Made by a program: the position numbers and the translations under genes. A stretch of 16,850 bases of DNA from the NCBI GenBank assembly GCA_043814985.1, contig JBDRJK010000005.1, positions 1-16,850 on the forward strand, given 5' to 3'. The stretch is from Candidatus Aenigmatarchaeota archaeon. Its GTDB lineage: Archaea; Aenigmatarchaeota; Aenigmatarchaeia; Aenigmatarchaeales; Aenigmatarchaeaceae. Every line of letters starts with the position of its first letter. Within the stretch, counting starts at the first letter, position 1. Shown here piece after piece: positions 7,229 to 14,535 of this stretch. The notes beneath the pieces were generated by a model, which was not told the DNA's origin, did no database searches, and saw only the letters and a list, made by a program, of their open reading frames with translations.

Positions 7229-7328
7229 TCTGGTAGTGCGCTAGATTTCGTAAGAAAGGCGAACCTGCTACCATTGGTGGAAAGTTAGTGGGCGCAAGCC
7301 CTTGAGGGTTCAAATCCCTCTCTCGGCG
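7214..7328 (+). tRNA. tRNA-Ser: tRNA-Ser(GCT) with two introns (7245-7263 at 30/31; 7271-7282 at 37/38)
   Basis: Acceptor GCCGAGA/TCTCGGC, discriminator G, long variable arm GGGC-GCAA-GCCC, T arm GAGGG-TTCAAAT-CCCTC. The spliced anticodon arm is CTAGC-CT-GCT-AA-GTTAG and both introns fold as BHB. Confidence 0.88.
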
Positions 7329-7337
7329 CTCATTTTT

Positions 7338-7410
7338 GGGCCGGTGGTCTAGCGGCTATGACGCCACCCTCACACGGTGGATATCGCAGGTTCGAGTCCT
7401 GCTCGGCCCA
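7338..7410 (+). tRNA. tRNA-Val: tRNA-Val(CAC), intronless
   Basis: GGGCCGG/TCGGCCC acceptor, CCACC-CT-CAC-AC-GGTGG anticodon arm, GCAGG-TTCGAGT-CCTGC T arm. Confidence 0.95.
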
Positions 7411-7411
7411 C

Positions 7412-7425
7412 AAAAACATTTAAAT
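7412..7425 (+). promoter_or_regulatory. BRE/TATA for tRNA-Glu (AAAAACA-TTTAAAT)
   Basis: TTTAAAT starts 33 nt upstream of the tRNA 5' G. Confidence 0.55.
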
Positions 7426-7451
7426 TACTCTGTATAACAATGTCTTAACAA

Positions 7452-7567
7452 GCCCCCATCGTCTAACCCGGTTAAGGACATGAGCCCTTCGAATTCATTT
7501 TCGAAGGATATGACTCAAAGATGAATGAGGTAAGCTCAGGATGTGGGTTCAAATCCCGCTGGGGGCA
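7452..7567 (+). tRNA. tRNA-Glu: tRNA-Glu(TTC) with 41-nt intron at 37/38 (7492-7532); unusual C33
   Basis: GCCCCCA/TGGGGGC acceptor. U11-A24, U13-G22, A46 and a 4-nt variable loop are Glu-type. TGAGC/GCTCA stem; BHB central helix CCTT/GAGG with a 9-bp inner helix. Confidence 0.8.
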
Positions 7568-7571
7568 TTCT

Positions 7572-7617
7572 TTTTCTAAAACACCTCTAAAACGGCGTTT
7601 TTCGAGGGTTTTGAAAA
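7572..7617. repeat. Imperfect 19-bp inverted repeat built from phased AAAAC/GTTTT units
   Basis: TTTTC-T-AAAAC-A-CCTC-T-AAAAC-GGC-GTTTT-TC-GAGG-GTTTT-GAAAA. Confidence 0.7.
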
Positions 7618-7659
7618 CCTTTAAAAAGCTTAGAAATTATGAATAAAGAAGGTGATTTG

Positions 7660-7824
7660 ATGAGTTTAATTGTAAGATCTAAAGTAAAGAAAGCTGCAAA
7701 GGGTGTAAGAGTCTCTGGAGACTTTTATGACGCTTTAGACAAGAAAGTCGAAGAAGTTATCAAAGGTGCTTCTGTAAGAGCAAAGGGAAACAAGAGAGCA
7801 ACACTCAGAGCAGTTGACATATAA
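7660..7824 (+). CDS. Short histone-fold protein (truncated alpha3; DUF1931/face-to-face-like histone)
   Basis: 54 aa from ATG 7660 (GGTGA SD at 7651, TTTAAAAA box at 7620). Contains LIVRSKVK, RVSGDF..ALD..V and RA..NKRATL...D (RxTxxxxD clamp). T-rich terminator follows. Confidence 0.88.
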   Translation: MSLIVRSKVKKAAKGVRVSGDFYDALDKKVEEVIKGASVRAKGNKRATLRAVDI

Positions 7825-7904
7825 TTTAATTTTTAGTTCCACTTTTTCTTTTTCTTTATTGTTTTAGTTAATTTTATATTAGTTCAAAAAATATTTCTCT
7901 ACAA

Positions 7905-7990
7905 GCAGAGGTAGCCAAGTCTGGTCAAAGGCGTAAGACTCAAGATCTTATCGGTTAGTCCGTTCGTCGGTTCGAATCCGGCCCTCTGCA
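7905..7990 (+). tRNA. tRNA-Leu: tRNA-Leu(CAA), intronless
   Basis: GCAGAGG/CCTCTGC acceptor, TAAGA-CT-CAA-GA-TCTTA, long variable arm, TTCGAAT loop. TTTATAT box 32 nt upstream. Confidence 0.95.
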
Positions 7991-8049
7991 TTCCTATTTT
8001 TTTGGAAAACTCTAATGGGTTTAAATAATTTTATATTCTAAAATTTGGT

Positions 8050-8586
8050 ATGACTGTACCAGTAATAAATCCCTTTAAAGATTTAGGTAAATGTTTTTAC
8101 TTTCCTGTAGAGACAACAGAAGGCTTTCTGTCTGGAACAGAACTTGCTGAATTCACAGCTGCTCCTTTAAACAAGATTCGCAGAGACCTTCTAAATAGAC
8201 CTAGATTTTATAACCCCAATGATCTTACCTTTCTGAAGCATTATATGGAAGGTAAAAAAAACAAATTGAAAATATTACCTAAAGAAGGTGTTAGTGTTGC
8301 TATAACATCAATTCATGTTGGACCAGACTATAAAGGTCCTCTAGAACTACCGCCCGGAACAGAGTGTATAAAAATTTATGATTTAGAAAGCAAGGATTAT
8401 CTCGGGGTTCAGGTGATACATTATTGTCACAGATTCAAAGGGAATAATCAAGAAGAAACAAGTTTTATACCCTTTAAAAACGAGATGAGAAGTGCACACA
8501 CTGCAGTAAAAATAGAAGATTTTGGAATCGATGAGGACCTTATTGATATTGAGGACTCATTTTCAACTCTAAAAAATTATTGGTGA
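8050..8586 (+). CDS. Hypothetical protein (orphan-like)
   Basis: 178-aa ORF filling the gap, with a TTTAAATA box about 30 nt upstream. No recognisable motif. Confidence 0.65.
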   Translation: MTVPVINPFKDLGKCFYFPVETTEGFLSGTELAEFTAAPLNKIRRDLLNRPRFYNPNDLTFLKHYMEGKKNKLKILPKEGVSVAITSIHVGPDYKGPLELPPGTECIKIYDLESKDYLGVQVIHYCHRFKGNNQEETSFIPFKNEMRSAHTAVKIEDFGIDEDLIDIEDSFSTLKNYW

Positions 8587-8675
8587 AATTTACATAGAAC
8601 ACTTTTCCTTTTCTAGAGTCCAATAAGCATTTAAATAGTTGAGAACAACACTTCTTTATAATAAAATGAGGAGTA

Positions 8676-8924
8676 ATGAAAATGCCATTCGATAGAAACA
8701 GACGATTTGATGACAGAAGAGGCGGAAGCGGCGGAGGCGGCTTTAGCGGAGGCAGAGGCGGAAGTATGGGCGGAGATAGGAGTTTTGACAGAGGCCCAAG
8801 GGAAATGCATAAAGCTGTTTGTTCTGAGTGCGGGAAGGAATGTGAAGTTCCTTTTAAGCCAACAGAAGGAAAGCCTGTATTTTGTAGAGATTGTTTTGCT
8901 AAGAAAAGACCAAGAAGGTTTTAG
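8676..8924 (+). CDS. CxxC-x17-CxxC zinc-ribbon protein with RGG-rich N-terminus
   Basis: REMHKAVCSECGKECEVPFKPTEGKPVFCRDCF; GAGGAG SD. Confidence 0.9.
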   Translation: MKMPFDRNRRFDDRRGGSGGGGFSGGRGGSMGGDRSFDRGPREMHKAVCSECGKECEVPFKPTEGKPVFCRDCFAKKRPRRF

Positions 8925-8933
8925 TTAGTTTCC

Positions 8934-8981
8934 TAAGAGATTATCTTTCTCTTAATGAGAGCTAGGTTCCGTTTTTTATTT
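8934..8981 (+). terminator. Stem-loop TAAGAGA/TCTCTTA followed by T-tract
   Basis: 7-bp stem 8934-8940/8948-8954; T run at 8972-8977. Confidence 0.4.
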
Positions 8982-9029
8982 ATTAATTTTCAAATAAGAA
9001 TTTAAGATTATTTTTCTATTAGTTGTTCT

Positions 9030-9788
9030 ATGATAAAATCAATAATCCATGCTGGTGGAGAATCAACAAGGCTGAGAGAGGCTTTCGGCGGCCCAAAGGC
9101 ATTGGCTCCAGTAGGAGAGCAAACTCTTCTAAGTCTTCACATGCAGCCACTTCTAAGAGCTGATGTGAAAGACTATGTTTTTACCTTGAGATATCAACAT
9201 AAAACAGTTCAGGAATATGTAGAAAAGTTAGAAAGGGAGCTAAATTTTTCTTCTCAATATATTGTAGAATCTAGCCCTTTGGGTAGAGCTGGAGCTGTAA
9301 AGCTCGGAATAGACAAAGGAATAATTGATACAGACAACTCCTATCTTATGTCACATCCAGACGACCTTATTCCTGTGAATGTGAAAGAGCTGAGTGATTA
9401 TGCTTCAGATGCTGAAAAAAAGGGGAAATCTTTAGTAATGGTAATGGCAAAATACCTGCAGAGCCCATTCGGTGTTGGAGTTATTGAAAATAATGGTGAC
9501 ATAATGGAATTAAAACAGTTCAAGGAAAAGCCAGAAGTTGCCCTTGAAAAAAACCATTATACAAGTACTGGTATGATGATGTTCTTGCCAGGAGCAATGA
9601 GAGAGTTTGAAAATGTTCCTCTAGACAGAATAACACATCCTGAACAACACATTATACCAAAACTAATCAATGAAAACAAGGCTGCTGCCTTTCCAATAAA
9701 TAATTGGCTTTCAGTTAATCATAAGTCAGATTACGATAGAATAAAAGAAATGGGGCCTGAAAAATTGCTAGAATACCTCAGTGTTTAA
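9030..9788 (+). CDS. Sugar-phosphate nucleotidyltransferase family protein
   Basis: HAGGESTRL..PKAL.PV, ESSPLGRAGA, FGVG, FKEKP. No left-handed beta-helix tail. Confidence 0.88.
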   Translation: MIKSIIHAGGESTRLREAFGGPKALAPVGEQTLLSLHMQPLLRADVKDYVFTLRYQHKTVQEYVEKLERELNFSSQYIVESSPLGRAGAVKLGIDKGIIDTDNSYLMSHPDDLIPVNVKELSDYASDAEKKGKSLVMVMAKYLQSPFGVGVIENNGDIMELKQFKEKPEVALEKNHYTSTGMMMFLPGAMREFENVPLDRITHPEQHIIPKLINENKAAAFPINNWLSVNHKSDYDRIKEMGPEKLLEYLSV

Positions 9789-10437
9789 ATCTGGCAACTA
9801 TGAAGGCATGGGCCTTTTCCAACGGATCCAGAGTCTTCCAGTCAACTATCTCAAAATCAGCCTTTCTCAGTTTCTGAATCTCTTCCTTGTATATTCTTCC
9901 AGGCGATTTGGTGATGTCTATGCTCCTTGACTTTATTGACAAGAGCAAGTACCCTTTTGGTTTTAAAAACTCCTTGCAGTTCCGTATTGATATTTCTGTT
10001 TCATCAGGTTGTGCAACGTCTGCAAAGACAACATCTACCTTCTCTATCCAGCAGTAAGTCTCAGGCTTTCTCGCATCAGCCAGAATCGGGATTATGTTCT
10101 TGTACTTGTTGGTTAATGGTATCAGTTCGTTGAAGCACCTTTCGGAGAACTCGACCGCATAAATTATTCCTGTTTCTTTTACTATGTTGGATATGTAACT
10201 AGGTGTCATGCCGTGAGCCGCACCCAAGTAAAGGATTTTGGTTCCTTCAGAAATCGGGACAGACTTTATGCCTTTGGATATTGCAGCAGCGAGTTTCGAT
10301 CTCCTTGGATTCCATACCCTGAATTCCTTGCCTTTTATTTTTAATACGTCTTCATTAAAGGGCCTGTAATCCTTGACGGGATTTTCTGTTGCTAATTTAC
10401 CATCTATTAGAAAAACACCGGGAAACAGTTCTCTCAT
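9778..10437 (-). CDS. flpA: Fibrillarin-like rRNA/tRNA 2'-O-methyltransferase
   Basis: FRVWNPRRSKLAAAI, LYLGAAHG, YAVEFS, PILADARKP, DVAQPDE, IKSRSID. Confidence 0.96.
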   Translation of the reverse strand: MRELFPGVFLIDGKLATENPVKDYRPFNEDVLKIKGKEFRVWNPRRSKLAAAISKGIKSVPISEGTKILYLGAAHGMTPSYISNIVKETGIIYAVEFSERCFNELIPLTNKYKNIIPILADARKPETYCWIEKVDVVFADVAQPDETEISIRNCKEFLKPKGYLLLSIKSRSIDITKSPGRIYKEEIQKLRKADFEIVDWKTLDPLEKAHAFIVARFKH

Positions 10438-11444
10438 TTCTCTCCCCGTATTCTTTTCAGCTTCTCCTTGTAGCTCTTTACAATCTCCTTTGAAATGTCA
10501 TTCTTGGTGTAGAAGTCTGCCCTGGCTGCTAATGTCATCTTGCTTGATAATAATCTGGCAACCTTGCCCTGCAGTTCCCTTTTAGCAGTTGATATGTCAG
10601 GGTGTATAAACAATAAACCGAATTTCGGGGGGCTCTTGATATTTTTGTCCTTCAAGAACCTGAACAGGCTTTTTTCCGCTCCCAACAACTGGACAGATGA
10701 TGATGGCATCTTGGCCAGTTTTTCCAGAGAGCCGGCCAGTGCCAGAACCCTTGCTGTCAGGGTGCTTCCCAACAATGCATTGAGGTTTGGCATCTCCTCA
10801 GGAACAACCCTATCCAGATATTTCTCCATGCTCTTTTTCAGGACGTACATTTCCTTTAGGGATTTGGCATATTCCTGAAGGATTTTAACATCCTCTTCCT
10901 TCAGCTTCATACCCATGCTTCTGGTAAACTTATCAAAGTTCTCTCTGTTTCCATGTTCGGCTATCTTTTCTGCGAACTTCTCATGCTCACTTAAGTCCAA
11001 TTCAGGATAATGGAGGCCATACCATTCCCTAAGCCTCTCGCTCATTGTGTTTAGAATCCTTTCCAGATCGTTCAGAGCGGATACGGTTTGAACTACTAAC
11101 TTGTCCCTCCTCTCAATCTTTGATATTTTCAGCTTGGCCCTTTCAATGGAAACAGCATTTATCAATTTATTTAGTTCAGTATCATCCCTGACAAAATTAG
11201 TATCTAAAATAATCTTCCTGAAGTTCTCCTTGAAATAGTCAGTTGCCTGGTTAGGTTGTTCTATTACCAAATCCTTGAATTCCTTCTTTAAATCATTCAA
11301 TTCCTTGAAATCCTTGCCAGAATCGAATCTACTGAGCTTTTCAGCGATTTCTTCTGGCTTTTTCTCAAAGGCTACATGCTTTAATAGTTTATTCTTCTCA
11401 TTAAGTACAAAGAGACCTGCAACGCTTATGGTGAGGTAATACAT
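10434..11444 (-). CDS. nop5: C/D box sRNP protein Nop5 (Nop56/58)
   Basis: ERLREWYGLHYPEL, PNLNALLG, AKMPSSSVQLLGAEKSLF, PKFG. 4-nt overlap with flpA. Confidence 0.95.
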   Translation of the reverse strand: MYYLTISVAGLFVLNEKNKLLKHVAFEKKPEEIAEKLSRFDSGKDFKELNDLKKEFKDLVIEQPNQATDYFKENFRKIILDTNFVRDDTELNKLINAVSIERAKLKISKIERRDKLVVQTVSALNDLERILNTMSERLREWYGLHYPELDLSEHEKFAEKIAEHGNRENFDKFTRSMGMKLKEEDVKILQEYAKSLKEMYVLKKSMEKYLDRVVPEEMPNLNALLGSTLTARVLALAGSLEKLAKMPSSSVQLLGAEKSLFRFLKDKNIKSPPKFGLLFIHPDISTAKRELQGKVARLLSSKMTLAARADFYTKNDISKEIVKSYKEKLKRIRGEK

Positions 11445-11489
11445 AAGTTATTTATTAACCCCACAAGAATAAAAGGTTACGGTGATTGA

Positions 11490-11675
11490 ATGGGAAGAAT
11501 AAAAACCAAGATGGTAAAGTCAACGGGAAAGCAATTGATAAAGGAATATGGAGACAAGTTCTCTGTAGACTTTGAGAATAACAAGAAGGTTTTAGATGAG
11601 ATGAAGGTATCAGAGCACAAGTCTGTCAGGAATAAGCTCGCAGGTTACATTGTTACTCTAAAGAAAGCTGCTTGA
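11490..11675 (+). CDS. rps17e: 30S ribosomal protein S17e
   Basis: MGRIK...F..DFENNKK...KSVRNKLAGYI; GGTGA SD. Confidence 0.96.
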   Translation: MGRIKTKMVKSTGKQLIKEYGDKFSVDFENNKKVLDEMKVSEHKSVRNKLAGYIVTLKKAA

Positions 11676-11685
11676 AGAATTAAAT

Positions 11686-14535
11686 TTAATATTCAATTCT
11701 AAATTTATGCTTTTTCTTTTTAAATTCAAAAGAACCTGTTGCATGCTCAATGATTGTTTCAAAAACAACAGCAGTTCCACTAGCATGTGCAATAAAATTC
11801 GTTTCATTTTCTAATTCTTGTAATGCTTTATTATCTTTCAAATGAGAACTTACGTTAGGTTGAGATATTATTAGTCCAATTTCCTTTCTATTTTTTTGAA
11901 TGTTTCTAATATATTCTTTTGCAAGCCATTCTGTTTCCAACTTAGGAGTGGCTTCAGTGTCCAGCTCGACTTTCAATTCATCATCCTTATGTTTTTTGAA
12001 TTCAACAGCTTCAACATTCGCCATCTTTTCAATTATGCTGTTTAACTTCTTGATTAACTTGACATCCTTGGCACTCACAGTAAGTTTCTTCAGCTTGTAT
12101 CTTAATTTGATTTCCTTCTCATGCCTTATTGAGTTTGATATCTCGACAATCTTCTTGACAACTTCCATTCCCTCTTCCAAATCCTTGTCCTGATACTTCT
12201 TCTCTATTTCCGGCCAGTCAGTGAAGTGTATGCTTTCGGTTTTCTCAAACTCCCTGAAATAATCCTGATACATTGACTCTGTTATGAACGGCATGAAGGG
12301 GGACAATAGCTTTAGCAGTTCTAGACTCACTTTGTAGAATGTGTTCAGAGTCTCTTCCTTTATCTTTGAATCAACATCCGGCTTTATGACATCCCTTATT
12401 ACCTGTCCGTACCATCTTGACAGTTCGTTCAGGAAGAAATCCTCTAAAATTTTAGTTGCAACATGAGGCTTCAAAGCTTCCAATGAAACGTTCACATCGT
12501 CTTTGAGTTTTTGCATTCTTGATAACAGCCACAAGTTAGATGGATCCTTGACATTTTTTTTGGACGGCTTCATCTTGTTGGCTTCCATGTAGGTCTGCAT
12601 GAACTTTACTGTATTGTACAAGACATTCAGTGTTCTCCTAACTTCTTTTGCTGGGCTGTAACCGAAGGGCAATGGCTGTCCAGGATTCTGCTTGCAATAC
12701 ATCCATCTCATTATGTCTGCTCCCATCTTGTCCAAGGCCTCGTCTACCCAAATGACATTTCCTGCGCTTTTGTGCATTTCTTTGGAATTCTCGTCAAGTA
12801 CCATTCCATTGGTTAGGACAGACTTGTAGGGAGTCTTGCCCTCGATTGTTGTTGATATGAATAGCATTGAGTAGAACCATAGCCTGACTTGCTCGTGCAT
12901 TTCTACAACAAAGTCTGCGGGGAACCATTTATTCCAATACTTCTTGTCCTCATTATACTTCAAGGTTGAATAAGGAACAACACCAGCATCCAGCCAGCAA
13001 TCTCCTGTCTCTTTTACCCTTCTCATTTCCCTCTTGCACTTGGGACATTCTAGAATAATATTGTCTATCCATGGTCTGTGAAGTTCCTTTAATTGGTCCA
13101 TACCACTTGAAGCCTTTTTCTTCAATTCCTTCATGCTTCCTATGACTTCAAGATGACCGCATTGGCATTCCCAAAAAGGCAATGGCAAGCCATAGTATCT
13201 TTTTCTTGAAATGTTCCAGTCCCTTAGATTAGTTAACCAATCTATCATGCTTTTCTCATTCCATTCAGGATACCACTTGACTTTTTTGGCTTCCTTGATC
13301 AACTTCGGTTTTATCTCTTCTGATTTGATGAACCATTCCTTACCTGTTCTGTAAACCAGTTCAGCTTTGCATCTCCAGCAGCACGGATACCTGTGGGTTA
13401 TTGTGCTTTCTCTGAATAGAATGCTTCTCTCCCTTAATTTTTCTAAGACTAATTCATTAGATTCTTTTGCGCCTTTACCTTTGAGCCAGCCAGCATCCTC
13501 AGTGAACCTGCCGTTCTCATCAAGGGGAGACAATATGGGAAGCTTGTATTCTAATCCTAATTGATAATCTTCTGGTCCGTGTCCAGGAGCAATGTGAACC
13601 AAACCAGTTCCTTCTTCCATGCTCACAAACTCTTCAGAAAGAATAACCTTACCATTAACATCCCACTGTATTGGCAACAAATCCTTCATTGGGTTGTCAT
13701 AATTTAGCTCAACCATCTCTCTTCCATAGAAAGAATCTAGTATTATGTAATTCTTTTCAGGGAAAACAGTCTCTAAAAGAGCTTTGGCTAGAATTAATTT
13801 CTCATTATTGACTTCTATCTTGACATATTCCTTGTTGGGATTTGCAGCAACAGCAACATTGGATATGAGAGTCCATGGAGTTGTTGTGTAAATTAACAAT
13901 GATTCGTCCTTGTCCTTTAGTTTGAATTTGACATAAATAGCTGGGTGAGTTTTTTCCTGGTAGCCACTTGAAACCTCGTGTGATGACAATGATGTTCCGC
14001 ATCTGGGACACCATGGCAATACCTTATCTCCCTTGTACAGCCATTTCTTCTCATAACACTTCTTCAGGAAGAACCAGACATACTCAATGTTGTTATCTGA
14101 TAAGGTCAAGTAGGGATTATTCCAGTCCATCCACATACCAAGCTTCTTTGACAGGTCTTTCCAGACATCAACATACTTCAAAACACTACATACACACTTT
14201 GTGGTGAACTTGTCAATGCCATAATCCTCTATCTCCTTCTTGGTTTTTAGGCCGAGTTCCTTCTCAATCCCGACTTCCACCCACAATCCCTGGCAGTCAA
14301 AGCCAGGCTGTTTCCTAGTGTCAAAGCCCTGCATGGTCTTGAACCTCAGGAACAAATCCTTGTAAGCCCTTCCCCAAGCATGATGCACTCCCATTGGGTT
14401 GTTGGCTGTTGGAGGGCCGTCTAAGAATGAAAAGGTCTTCTTACCCTTCCTCAATTCCAATGATTTCTCTATCAATTTGTTCTTTTCCCAAAAGTCCAAT
14501 ATACGCTTTTCTGTTTCTTGCGGTTCATACTGCAT
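11686..14535 (-). CDS. ileS: Isoleucyl-tRNA synthetase (type 2/archaeal-like) with variant signature motifs
   Basis: DGPPTAN, GFDCQGL, editing-domain TTTPWT and GTGLVHIAPGHG, DWNISRKRYYG. HIGH is GVHH and KMSKS is EMHKS. Confidence 0.95.
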   Translation of the reverse strand: MQYEPQETEKRILDFWEKNKLIEKSLELRKGKKTFSFLDGPPTANNPMGVHHAWGRAYKDLFLRFKTMQGFDTRKQPGFDCQGLWVEVGIEKELGLKTKKEIEDYGIDKFTTKCVCSVLKYVDVWKDLSKKLGMWMDWNNPYLTLSDNNIEYVWFFLKKCYEKKWLYKGDKVLPWCPRCGTSLSSHEVSSGYQEKTHPAIYVKFKLKDKDESLLIYTTTPWTLISNVAVAANPNKEYVKIEVNNEKLILAKALLETVFPEKNYIILDSFYGREMVELNYDNPMKDLLPIQWDVNGKVILSEEFVSMEEGTGLVHIAPGHGPEDYQLGLEYKLPILSPLDENGRFTEDAGWLKGKGAKESNELVLEKLRERSILFRESTITHRYPCCWRCKAELVYRTGKEWFIKSEEIKPKLIKEAKKVKWYPEWNEKSMIDWLTNLRDWNISRKRYYGLPLPFWECQCGHLEVIGSMKELKKKASSGMDQLKELHRPWIDNIILECPKCKREMRRVKETGDCWLDAGVVPYSTLKYNEDKKYWNKWFPADFVVEMHEQVRLWFYSMLFISTTIEGKTPYKSVLTNGMVLDENSKEMHKSAGNVIWVDEALDKMGADIMRWMYCKQNPGQPLPFGYSPAKEVRRTLNVLYNTVKFMQTYMEANKMKPSKKNVKDPSNLWLLSRMQKLKDDVNVSLEALKPHVATKILEDFFLNELSRWYGQVIRDVIKPDVDSKIKEETLNTFYKVSLELLKLLSPFMPFITESMYQDYFREFEKTESIHFTDWPEIEKKYQDKDLEEGMEVVKKIVEISNSIRHEKEIKLRYKLKKLTVSAKDVKLIKKLNSIIEKMANVEAVEFKKHKDDELKVELDTEATPKLETEWLAKEYIRNIQKNRKEIGLIISQPNVSSHLKDNKALQELENETNFIAHASGTAVVFETIIEHATGSFEFKKKKHKFRIEY

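Noticed and set aside
7505..7532. C/D box guide RNA inside the tRNA-Glu intron
   Set aside because: ATGA-like words are present, but there is no CTGA D box and it is too short for guide regions.
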